Assembly (NCBI GenBank): GCA_002952755.1
Contig: CP025011.1
Span: 1,170,001-1,202,000, forward strand
Source: Candidatus Saccharimonadota bacterium
Lineage (GTDB): Bacteria; Patescibacteriota; Saccharimonadia; Saccharimonadales; UBA4665
DNA length: 32,000 bases
Direction: 5' to 3'
Program-made: the position numbers and the translations under genes
Notes under the pieces: model-generated
Told to the model about the DNA's origin: nothing
Databases searched by the model: none
The model's input: the letters and a program-made list of their open reading frames with translations, nothing else
Shown: positions 6,143 through 14,329 of the stretch, piece after piece
Layout: each line of letters opens with the position of its first letter
How positions within the stretch are numbered: position 1 is the first letter of the stretch

Positions 6143-8434
6143 ATGAGCAAAAATCTAGTCATTGTTGAGAGCCCGGCCAAGGCCAAGACTATCGAAAAAT
6201 ACCTGGGCAGCGAGTACATCGTTAAAAGTTCTATTGGACACATCCGTGGTTTGCCCAGCAAAAACGGTAGTGTCGATGTTGCCAACAATTTTGCCCCAAA
6301 ATTTGAAGTTGACCCTGACAAAAAAAAGGTGATCGCCGAACTCAAGGCCGCCGCCAAATCTGCAGACAGCGTGCTACTCGCTAGCGATGAAGACCGTGAA
6401 GGGGAGGCTATCGCCTGGCACGTGGCCGAAGTGCTCAAACTGAACCCAAAAACAACCAAGCGCATAGTCTTCCACGAAATTACCAAAAACGCGCTGGATG
6501 AAGCCGTAAAAAACCCGCGCACCATTGATATGAACCTGGTGGAGGCACAACAGGCCCGCCAATCACTTGATTACTTAGTAGGCTTTGAATTGAGCCCTGT
6601 GCTGTGGCGCAAAGTCCGCGCCGGCCTTTCGGCTGGGCGTGTCCAGAGCGTAGCCGTACGCCTGATAGTGGAACGTGAAGCCGAGATTGACGCTCACGTA
6701 CCAGAAAGCACCTTTAAGCTAACTGCCGAATTCACTCTAAGCGATGGCACGGCCTTATTGGCCGGCAGCAGTAAGAAGTTTGCCACCGCCGAAGAAGTTC
6801 GTGAAGTACTCCAAGCCTTTGCTGGCAGCACCTTTACCGTAGCAAACGTCTCCCAAAAACCGGGTACGCGCAGTCCGGGCGCACCGTTCACCACCAGTAC
6901 TCTGCAGCAAGAGGCGAGCAGCAAACTCGGCTATAGTCCACGCGCTACCATGCAGCTCGCGCAGCGCCTGTACGAAGCTGGACACATTACATACATGCGT
7001 ACTGACTCAGTGAACTTAAGCACTCAAGCACTTGGCGCCATGACCAGCTTTATCACCAAAGAATATGGCGAAAACTACCACCAATACCGAACGTTCAAAA
7101 GCAAAAGCGCCAACGCCCAGGAAGCTCACGAAGCCATTCGCCCCACGAATGTCGCCCAGGAGTCCGCCGGAGCTGATGAGCAACAAAAGAAGCTCTATAA
7201 CCTTATCTGGCGCCGGACGCTAGCCAGTCAAATGGCACCAGCGCAGCTTGAAAACACTACCGTTAGCATTGCCGCGAATGGCTCAAAAGAGACCCTGGAA
7301 GCGAAAGGGCAAGTAGTACTTTTTGATGGTTTTCTAAAAGTGTATGGGCGCAGCGGGGACGACACACTACTGCCAGCGCTAAGTGTCGGCGATCCACTGA
7401 CGCTCCAATCTGCCGAAGCCCTCGAAGCCCTCAGCCGCGGCCCAGCCCGTTACACTGAAGCTACTCTGGTTAAAAAACTCGAGGAAATGGGCATTGGCCG
7501 CCCAAGCACCTACGCCAGCACTATTAATACCGTTCAAACTCGCGGTTACGTAGAGCGTGGCGACCTAGAAGGGGTGGAAAAAGATATTCAAAAAATCCGC
7601 CTTGAAAACGGCGTAGTCGAGCAAACTACCGAAAAGCTGATGTACGGCCGCGACAGCAACAAACTATTTCCGACCGATACCGGCAAAGTGGTCACCGGCT
7701 TTTTGGTGAAATATTTTGCAGAGGTGATGGACTACGACTTCACCAAGGATATCGAGGAAGAACTCGACCAGATTGCTTTGGCTAAAAAAAACCGTGTTGA
7801 GGTTCTTGAGGAATTCTACAATCCGTTCCATAAATTAGTAGAGGATAGTGCCGACGTTTCACGCGCCGAAGCCACTCAAGCTCGCCACATCGGCAACGAC
7901 CCTAAAACCAACAAGCCTATTTATGCGCGCTTCGGCCGCTTTGGACCAATGCTCCAGCGAGGGGAACAAGGTGATGACCCTAAGCCAGATTTTGCACCAC
8001 TGCCAATCGGCAAGAAGATAGAAACTGTCACCCTGGAAGAAGCGCTGGAGATGTTCCAGCTGCCCCGTCTCGTAGGTCAAACCGCCGATGGCAAGGACAT
8101 GAAAGCCAATATCGGCCGCTTTGGGCCGTACGTACAGGTTGAAAAGACCTTTGTATCTATCAAGCCGCTAAGTCCATTTGACATCACAGAATCAGAGGCA
8201 CGCGAACTATATCAAGCCAAGCTTCAAAAAGAAGCCAACAAGTACATCCAGGTATTCCCAAGTGGCATCCAAGTCGTAAATGGACCCTATGGGCCTTACA
8301 TCACCGACGGCAAAAAAAATGCCAAAATACCAAAAGATAAAGAGCCGGCCGCTCTCAGCGAAGCAGAAGCCAAAAAGCTGCTCGATGAAGCGCCAACACG
8401 CAAGCGTTTTACCCGTCGCCGTAAGGCCTCTTAG
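6143..8434 (+). CDS. topA: DNA topoisomerase I (type IA), with a Zn-finger-less C-terminal repeat domain and a Lys-rich tail
   Basis: Toprim N-terminus MSKNLVIVESPAKAKTIEKYLG. DEDREGE motif. Active-site region GHITYMRTDS. C-terminal repeats of GRFGPY type (ARFGRFGPM, NIGRFGPYV, NGPYGPYITDG). The ORF-track TTG start at 6071 adds 24 implausible residues. Confidence 0.95.
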   Translation: MSKNLVIVESPAKAKTIEKYLGSEYIVKSSIGHIRGLPSKNGSVDVANNFAPKFEVDPDKKKVIAELKAAAKSADSVLLASDEDREGEAIAWHVAEVLKLNPKTTKRIVFHEITKNALDEAVKNPRTIDMNLVEAQQARQSLDYLVGFELSPVLWRKVRAGLSAGRVQSVAVRLIVEREAEIDAHVPESTFKLTAEFTLSDGTALLAGSSKKFATAEEVREVLQAFAGSTFTVANVSQKPGTRSPGAPFTTSTLQQEASSKLGYSPRATMQLAQRLYEAGHITYMRTDSVNLSTQALGAMTSFITKEYGENYHQYRTFKSKSANAQEAHEAIRPTNVAQESAGADEQQKKLYNLIWRRTLASQMAPAQLENTTVSIAANGSKETLEAKGQVVLFDGFLKVYGRSGDDTLLPALSVGDPLTLQSAEALEALSRGPARYTEATLVKKLEEMGIGRPSTYASTINTVQTRGYVERGDLEGVEKDIQKIRLENGVVEQTTEKLMYGRDSNKLFPTDTGKVVTGFLVKYFAEVMDYDFTKDIEEELDQIALAKKNRVEVLEEFYNPFHKLVEDSADVSRAEATQARHIGNDPKTNKPIYARFGRFGPMLQRGEQGDDPKPDFAPLPIGKKIETVTLEEALEMFQLPRLVGQTADGKDMKANIGRFGPYVQVEKTFVSIKPLSPFDITESEARELYQAKLQKEANKYIQVFPSGIQVVNGPYGPYITDGKKNAKIPKDKEPAALSEAEAKKLLDEAPTRKRFTRRRKAS

Positions 8435-8556
8435 CCTGTTGTATTTTTAAAACTAGTTTGTATCTGAGGCAAGATATTTCATAGAGATATTCCTACGACA
8501 CAATGTATTCATTGCTGTCTATTTCGTGCTAGAATAATTTTAGTTCAGAAGAGGTA

Positions 8557-8585
8557 TTGACTTTTCGGCATGTTAGTTTTATAGT
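8557..8585 (+). promoter_or_regulatory. Sigma-70-type promoter for the 8625 gene
   Basis: TTGACT (8557-8562), a 17-nt spacer, then TATAGT (8580-8585). A ~35-40-nt leader follows, with AGGGA 8 nt before the ATG. Confidence 0.6.
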
Positions 8586-8624
8586 TTATGTTAAATGCGA
8601 TCATTATGAAGGCAGGGAAATAGC

Positions 8625-9674
8625 ATGGCAGACACTCCGGTGGCAAAATCAGTACTGAATACCGAAAAATTCGTTCAGGATATTTTGGCGAGTATTGAGC
8701 GTGATCGTGAACGCGAAATCATTGCCCGTCGCTTTGGCCTTTTTGACCGCCGCGAGACCCTCGAACAGATTGGTGAGCTGTTGGGAATTACACGCGAGCG
8801 TGTCCGCCAGCTAGAAAAATCAGTCATCGCCCGCTTTAAAGCGACAGCGGAGCAGGGGCAACTACCCCATATTAAAGAAGTCGAAACCAGTCTCATGCAG
8901 CACCTCGCAGAGATGGGACAAGCCGCACGTGTCAGCGGCCTAACGGGCGCAGTTACTGCTGAAAATAGCAAAACCGACCAATCTAGAGTCGTCTTTCTTG
9001 CCACCCTATGTCCTCAGCTCAGCGTTATTGAAGAAGATGATCACTATTACCAGGCAATAGGCATTACTAGCGTCCGCGGTGTCGATGCAATGAAGGCTGA
9101 TATCAAGAAGCTCATCGAGGCGATCACAGCCGCTAAAGAGCCCGTGGCTATCGAAGCGGCAGCCAAAGCAGCTGCTATCACTGCCGCAAGCGAAGCTGCA
9201 GCCCTTGCTAGCATTTCTAAGAGCCTAGCAACCCTTAACAACCGGTGGGGCCTTGTAAAATGGCCAATGGTTAACCCGAAGAATATTCGTGACAAGATCT
9301 ATGTGATTCTCAAAGAAAACGGCAAGCACATGCACTTCAACGAGATTTCTGAAGCCATTAAAGGCAGCGACTTTAAGCGTAAAGACGTTACCACGCAAGC
9401 TATTCATAATGAGCTCATTAAAGACAAGCGCTTTGTGCTCATTGGCCGCGGTATCTACGCTCTTAAAGAATGGGGCTACGAGAAAGGCACTGTTGCCGAT
9501 ATTATCAGCGAAGTACTACGCGAAGCAGGGGAGCCTCTGCACCGCGACGAGATCGTCAAACGCGTGCTTAAGAGCCGCTTTGTGAAAGAAACGACTATTT
9601 TGCTCAACTTACAGGGCAAGGCTCAATTCAAGCGCGTTGCTAAGGCGACCTACGAGCTAGCTGAAGAAGCATAA
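8625..9674 (+). CDS. DNA-binding protein with an N-terminal sigma-70 region-4-like HTH and C-terminal HARE-HTH-like winged-helix repeats
   Basis: The N-terminus REIIARRFGLFDRRETLEQIGELLGITRERVRQLEKSVIARF is a typical sigma region 4.2 HTH. An Ala-rich linker follows. The C-terminus has two repeats of the type (ILKENGKHMHFNEISEAI...RFVLIGRGIYALKEWGY and ISEVLREAGEPLHRDEIVKRV...FKRVAKATYELAE), resembling the RpoE-delta/HARE-HTH fold. Confidence 0.65.
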   Translation: MADTPVAKSVLNTEKFVQDILASIERDREREIIARRFGLFDRRETLEQIGELLGITRERVRQLEKSVIARFKATAEQGQLPHIKEVETSLMQHLAEMGQAARVSGLTGAVTAENSKTDQSRVVFLATLCPQLSVIEEDDHYYQAIGITSVRGVDAMKADIKKLIEAITAAKEPVAIEAAAKAAAITAASEAAALASISKSLATLNNRWGLVKWPMVNPKNIRDKIYVILKENGKHMHFNEISEAIKGSDFKRKDVTTQAIHNELIKDKRFVLIGRGIYALKEWGYEKGTVADIISEVLREAGEPLHRDEIVKRVLKSRFVKETTILLNLQGKAQFKRVAKATYELAEEA

Positions 9675-9679
9675 GCCAT

Positions 9680-10255
9680 ATGAGCCAGGGGCCTGAATTC
9701 GACACTCAGCCCAGTGATCTTCGGGCTTTCCATCTGTCGGTACAGCAAAGACTCTTGTCTGTCAGCTACACGGACTGCCATCGGGCCAGAATAGAGATCG
9801 ACGGCGGAGTGGCAATATATGATGACTACCTAGTAGCTGCAGGGGAACATCCAGAATTCGTACAGGGGCAACAGACGCTAGAAGAAGATCTGAGACGCCG
9901 TCCTGATGATGCCGAATATTATGACTGCTGCGAAAGACTTGCCTATGATCTGCTTGAAGCTGGAAAAAGTATGGTTAGTGTTTCATTCTTCCCAGAGAGT
10001 AACCGCGACAGCTTTGTAATCTTTAGACTGAGAGATCTAATAACTCCAGACGGGCAGGCAGACGAAGATTACATCTGGCCCACAATAGCGCGTGAAAGGT
10101 GGGCAAATCCGGAGCCTATTGATGAAGAGCAGCCTGTAATTGTTGTCGTAGGGCATGATGGTAGGGTGCGTGAAGTCTCCCAGGAATTAAGCTCATTCCC
10201 CGATTTAATGAGGCTATCTGCATACGAGCAAGCTCAGTCACCGAATGCAGCGTAA
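9680..10255 (+). CDS. Hypothetical acidic cytoplasmic protein, 191 aa
   Basis: The ATG lies 5 nt after the stop of the 8625 gene, suggesting co-transcription. Asp/Glu-rich, with no recognisable motif. Confidence 0.55.
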   Translation: MSQGPEFDTQPSDLRAFHLSVQQRLLSVSYTDCHRARIEIDGGVAIYDDYLVAAGEHPEFVQGQQTLEEDLRRRPDDAEYYDCCERLAYDLLEAGKSMVSVSFFPESNRDSFVIFRLRDLITPDGQADEDYIWPTIARERWANPEPIDEEQPVIVVVGHDGRVREVSQELSSFPDLMRLSAYEQAQSPNAA

Positions 10256-10452
10256 CTGCACATAATACGAACACTAACCATAGTTGCTGGCATGTCGCCG
10301 GAGTAGCCAAGTTATTATGTAGTATTTATTTAAGTATAGAACTTTGCTTGAGGATAAAAAGGGTAGAACAAAAAGTGATGAGGGAGATGGTAAGGAGCCA
10401 AGTGGACGAGAATAGACAAAGGCGCAGACATAAGAAAAGAGATATCAACTAG

Positions 10453-10480
10453 ATGTCGCACAATGTATATTTCACGACTC
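10453..10480. promoter_or_regulatory. dif-like candidate Xer recombination site (weak call)
   Basis: The sequence atgtcgcacaa-TGTATA-tttcacgactc has the E. coli dif central hexamer. The core CGCAcAATGTATATT matches dif in 14 of 15 positions. The outer arms have GTCG/CGAC dyad symmetry. The right (XerD-type) arm does not match the consensus. Confidence 0.25.
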
Positions 10481-10500
10481 AAGTATGCGGCCTCAAGACC

Positions 10501-10838
10501 ATTGTGGATACACCTCGATACAGGGGAGCTAGGTTATAATGCGCCAAGTAGCCTGGTATATTCGTTATAATCTCTTTTCGCGCAGACGTCTTTATCGAAT
10601 AAATACCTGCCTGGACACCTATACTTTTCCGGGTATCCACAATTAAGTCGTTGTAAAAACGTGGAATTTGACTTTTCCACAGTTTGGTCGTGAAAGTATT
10701 TGCTTTTTACGTCTTTTGGTTATCTATATATCTTCCCCCTCCTACCCTATATTTTGAGTATAATTTGACATATACTCATATGCATTTCTCTATATATATT
10801 TCACAAGCGGAAGCACAGTACTTTTTGTATGTGAACAA
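10501..10838. promoter_or_regulatory. Cluster of DnaA-box-like 9-mers next to an AT-rich segment
   Basis: There are four 9-mers one mismatch from TTATNCACA:
- tgtggatac at 10503-10511 (reverse complement GTATCCACA);
- GTATCCACA at 10633-10641;
- TTTTCCACA at 10673-10681;
- tgtgaacaa at 10830-10838 (reverse complement TTGTTCACA).
The first two sit inside a perfect 11-bp inverted repeat, 10501-10511 with 10633-10643. Confidence 0.3.
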
Positions 10839-10884
10839 AAGACGAACTATAAGGGTAGAGCGGGCGTGTCGGTTTGCTTATACT

Positions 10885-11838
10885 CTACTTGTAGTAAGCT
10901 CGGCCTTCAACCCGAACATCCATATAACTGCCCGGAGTTATATGATCGCGCTCTAACTGCTGTTTAACTGCCAGGTAGGTGCCTGCCTCTTCCCTGGCGT
11001 TACCCCGTAGATTAAATTTAACTGGATACTGCACGCCACTTATGCGCACATCCAGCTCGCTGGTGCCCTTCGGTAGGATCAAATCAGTTATAACGAGCTG
11101 TTTTGCCTTTAATTGCCCAGCCACCTCTGTTATAAAAGCGACATTCGCTCCTGGCAGCGCAATATCTCCAGGATTAACCGCTAAGCCGCTCTGATCGCTT
11201 ACAGTTGGCAGGTGTAAGGTGGTGAGAGCCGGAGCTTCGGAAGTCGTGAGCAAAGCACGACCGTTGCTATCAAGTGCGTATACACGCCCGCTTGTCGTCG
11301 CCAAAAGAAGTGCGGGTATTGCTGGTTGCAAATACACTCTAGGTCGCACACCGATAAAAGGCACTTGTACGTGAATATCAGTCAGCTCGGGAAATTGCTG
11401 CTTTAAACGATTGTCAATACGGGCCGTCTGGATACTGAACTTTGCGCGGTTGAGAAGCGAACTTGAAAAAGCCTGTCGTATGCCAAGTTCATATGCCGTT
11501 TTAGGCCTTACATAGAGCTGCGAAGGATCGCTACTTTGCACAAAAGCCAACTGAGGCGTTCCTATGAGGAACATATTTAAGACCAATAAAACTATGGTGG
11601 CAACCACGAATCCTGAGCGCGGGATACGCTTGAGGAGGGGCGGACGTTTATCGCGCCTGGTTTGGGCAGCACCGCTCACTGGCTCACTAACGACCTGCCT
11701 TATGTTGCGATCACGCGGCGTTGCTGCTTGGACTGCCGGCCGGCTGGCATGATAAGAGAACACTGCCGCTTTACGCTGCGTACCAACATGTATCGGACGA
11801 GCACGTCCTTGTACCACAAGAGTTTTTTTCTTAAACAT
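10885..11838 (-). CDS. ftsQ: Cell division protein FtsQ/DivIB-like (N-terminal basic tail, one TM segment, POTRA-type extracytoplasmic domain)
   Basis: It sits immediately after murG, 4 nt from its stop. A single TM segment, FVVATIVLLVLNMFLIG, follows a basic N-terminus. The C-terminal end ...YMDVRVEGRAYYK is typical of the family. Confidence 0.65.
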   Translation of the reverse strand: MFKKKTLVVQGRARPIHVGTQRKAAVFSYHASRPAVQAATPRDRNIRQVVSEPVSGAAQTRRDKRPPLLKRIPRSGFVVATIVLLVLNMFLIGTPQLAFVQSSDPSQLYVRPKTAYELGIRQAFSSSLLNRAKFSIQTARIDNRLKQQFPELTDIHVQVPFIGVRPRVYLQPAIPALLLATTSGRVYALDSNGRALLTTSEAPALTTLHLPTVSDQSGLAVNPGDIALPGANVAFITEVAGQLKAKQLVITDLILPKGTSELDVRISGVQYPVKFNLRGNAREEAGTYLAVKQQLERDHITPGSYMDVRVEGRAYYK

Positions 11839-11842
11839 CTTT

Positions 11843-13039
11843 TTATGTTTGCTTATCTTGAACGGCCGGTGTCACAGTATCCGCTACTTCTAATAATAAC
11901 ATCGCCAGCAGGTGCGCGGCATTCGGCCGTGCTAAGGCAGCTAGTTTGGCGCCGAGTGCCACGGCCTTTTTGGGGTTGTCTAAGAGATCAGTTATAGGAG
12001 CCATGAGCGCATAATGGTCTTCTTTTAATGTCTGTTCATTTACCAGACGCACCGCTTTGCGATCTGCTAATACCTGTGCATTCCTGAGCTGATGTCCACC
12101 AGCGAGTAAGGGATTTGGCACAACGACGCACGCCTTGGATTGTGCAGCAAACTCGGCAATGCTTGTCGCCCCAGCCCGCGTCACGACCACATCCGCAGCA
12201 GCGCTGTATTGATATAAATTGGTCACATGGCCTTTTACTACAACCCGCTGCAGTTCCTTAGGAGATAGATGTTGCTTATACTGCTGGCGTAAAGGCGCCT
12301 CCAACGCACGGCCAGCAATGTGAATAACCCATAAACCAGAATAGCGCTCAAGCAAATCAGGGAGACAGTCAGCAACGGCCTCGTTCAGGTTCTGCGCGCC
12401 ATTGCCGCCTCCCGTGATAAGGAGTACGTGCGTAGCCGACTCGAGCCCTATCTGCCGTTTGCTATCCTGTGCTTGTGCAGGTGTGAGTGTATGGAAGCTA
12501 TGAGCAATTGGTACGCCTACAGTAACCGTCTTGCTAGGAGGATACACGTAAATCTCTTTTGGCAGCGCGACTGCATGGAGGCGTGCCCATCTAGCAATAA
12601 TCCGATTGGCAAGGCCCGGCAAGGCGTCGGAATCGTGGGTTATATACGGAATACCACGTAATGCAGCAGCGAGTCCAATGGGCACGCCTACAAACCCCCC
12701 TTTAACAAAAATGACATGGGGTCGTAATTTGCCTAATAGCCAGAAACTTTGCCAGAGTCCCACTACCACCCACACTGCATCGCGTAGATTTTTGTACAAC
12801 GTCTGCACATCGAGTAGCTGTTTTATCCCCTCGCCATGATACCGCCGAAACTTCCCTGCCCTTATCGTAAAACTGCGATCAATGTTTGGGTCGTCAGCCG
12901 GCACATCACCAAGCGCATCACCGCGCTGGCCAATGTATATAATGTCTATTTCCGGGCGTAGCCGCTTGAGCTCATGAGCGACTGCCAGGATTGGGGTGAT
13001 ATGCCCCCCTGACCCGCCGCCCGTCATAACGATCCTCAT
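11843..13039 (-). CDS. murG: UDP-N-acetylglucosamine--N-acetylmuramyl-(pentapeptide) pyrophosphoryl-undecaprenol GlcNAc transferase
   Basis: MRIVMTGGGSGGHITPILAVAHEL glycine-rich N-terminus, then ITGGGNGAQ, and the C-terminal AGATSIAEF...P.P....HQ..NA motifs. The start is placed at the ATG at 13039, which has GGAAGGA 6 nt upstream. The ORF-track start at 13081 adds 14 aa. Confidence 0.92.
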   Translation of the reverse strand: MRIVMTGGGSGGHITPILAVAHELKRLRPEIDIIYIGQRGDALGDVPADDPNIDRSFTIRAGKFRRYHGEGIKQLLDVQTLYKNLRDAVWVVVGLWQSFWLLGKLRPHVIFVKGGFVGVPIGLAAALRGIPYITHDSDALPGLANRIIARWARLHAVALPKEIYVYPPSKTVTVGVPIAHSFHTLTPAQAQDSKRQIGLESATHVLLITGGGNGAQNLNEAVADCLPDLLERYSGLWVIHIAGRALEAPLRQQYKQHLSPKELQRVVVKGHVTNLYQYSAAADVVVTRAGATSIAEFAAQSKACVVVPNPLLAGGHQLRNAQVLADRKAVRLVNEQTLKEDHYALMAPITDLLDNPKKAVALGAKLAALARPNAAHLLAMLLLEVADTVTPAVQDKQT

Positions 13040-14240
13040 AGACGTTCCTTCCGCCGGTTTGTTCTGTTTGTCTGGGTACATTGTATAAAGTATACCGCGA
13101 AATTTGGAAGACTAAGCCTACAGCCGCCATTACAAACAGCACACTTGTCCCACCGTAACTAATAAACGGTAGCGTAATGCCCTTAAGTGGCAAGACTCCC
13201 ACCATAGCTCCAATATTAATGAGGGCCTGTGTGGCCAACCATGCGAACACCCCCGTAGCAACGAGCCGGGTAAAGTCGTCAGGAGCAAGCTCCATAACTC
13301 GCTTAATACGCGAAAGAAATGCAGCAAATAGTGCCAGTAAAATGCTCACTCCGATAAATCCGAACTTCTCGGCATAAATGGCGAAAATCGAATCATTTTC
13401 AGCTTCCGGCAAATAGCCAAAGGCTTGCACGCCTTTGCCCAGTCCCAAACCGATCAAGCCGCCTGAGCCAACTGCAATAAGCGCCTGGCAGGCCTGATAG
13501 CCAGTCTGGAGCGTGGCGCAATTGCTTGTACTCCCTTGATGCAAAAAAGCCTCTATACGTGCTCTGCGATAAGGCACAGCCGAAATAACAAGCGTACCCA
13601 ACAACATCAAAATACCAACCACCATAGCAATACGCTTCATCGGCATGCCAGCTACAAAGACCATCACACCAGCCATGGACATCATCACCATCATCGAACC
13701 AAAATCGCTCTGCTTCCAGGCGACCACCCCACCTATAATGAGCGTGCCGATAAGTAGTGGCTTCAGCGTTGCTTTCAAATCAGTGATCGTGCCAAGCTTG
13801 GCACGTAGCGACAAAAAACCGGCGAGCGCTATAAGAATAGCGAATTTCAAAAGTTCAACCGATTGGAACGATAGCCCCCCTACCCTAATCCAGCGATGCG
13901 CTGGATATTGATCATTTACTGGCAACGCGAGTGCCAAAAGCGTTGCCAGACTGGCAACTCCTAAGAGCGGAACGGCTAATTTGCTCCATATATCAAGCGG
14001 AATGCGGGCGGTTATTGCGAAGATAATAACTCCCAGACCAATGGCGATCAACTGCCTGGTAATAAAAAAATTACTGCTCACCTGTTTCTCGACGACGAGC
14101 GCCGGGCTAATAGCATATACAACTATCAGCCCAATAGCCAGCAAAAGCGCACTTAGAATCAATAAGAGATAGTCGGGCCGATGGCGACGAGCGGTAAGCG
14201 GCTGCGAAGACATGGGGGCACGGCGCGTTACTGCCCCCAT
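12972..14240 (-). CDS. ftsW: SEDS-family peptidoglycan glycosyltransferase / lipid II flippase FtsW
   Basis: About ten hydrophobic segments. Family motifs GSGGLIGLGLGKG, LPEAENDSIFAIYAEKFGFIG and LPFISYGGTS. GGGGGAGGA lies upstream of the ATG at 14240. The hydrophilic C-terminal tail overlaps murG by 68 nt. Confidence 0.9.
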   Translation of the reverse strand: MGAVTRRAPMSSQPLTARRHRPDYLLLILSALLLAIGLIVVYAISPALVVEKQVSSNFFITRQLIAIGLGVIIFAITARIPLDIWSKLAVPLLGVASLATLLALALPVNDQYPAHRWIRVGGLSFQSVELLKFAILIALAGFLSLRAKLGTITDLKATLKPLLIGTLIIGGVVAWKQSDFGSMMVMMSMAGVMVFVAGMPMKRIAMVVGILMLLGTLVISAVPYRRARIEAFLHQGSTSNCATLQTGYQACQALIAVGSGGLIGLGLGKGVQAFGYLPEAENDSIFAIYAEKFGFIGVSILLALFAAFLSRIKRVMELAPDDFTRLVATGVFAWLATQALINIGAMVGVLPLKGITLPFISYGGTSVLFVMAAVGLVFQISRYTLYNVPRQTEQTGGRNVYEDRYDGRRVRGAYHPNPGSRS

Positions 14241-14329
14241 ATAATGGCTGTCCTCCCCCTATGTGAAGCGTAGTTAGTCTCGCCAAGAGAGTGTAATGAG
14301 AAACCTGCTTGCACGCGACACATATGCCT

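Noticed and set aside
10378-10452. 24-codon basic ORF (MREMVRSQVDENRQRRRHKKRDIN) in the polypurine tract
   Set aside because: There is no SD or -10 element at a suitable distance. The composition simply reflects the purine-rich tract. It cannot be supported from sequence alone.
10684-10956. 90-aa + strand ORF in the convergent gap
   Set aside because: It starts at a non-ATG codon in AT-rich sequence and gives a low-complexity Tyr/Phe/Ile-rich translation. It has no RBS or promoter pattern, and its 3' part is antisense to the well-supported ftsQ C-terminus.
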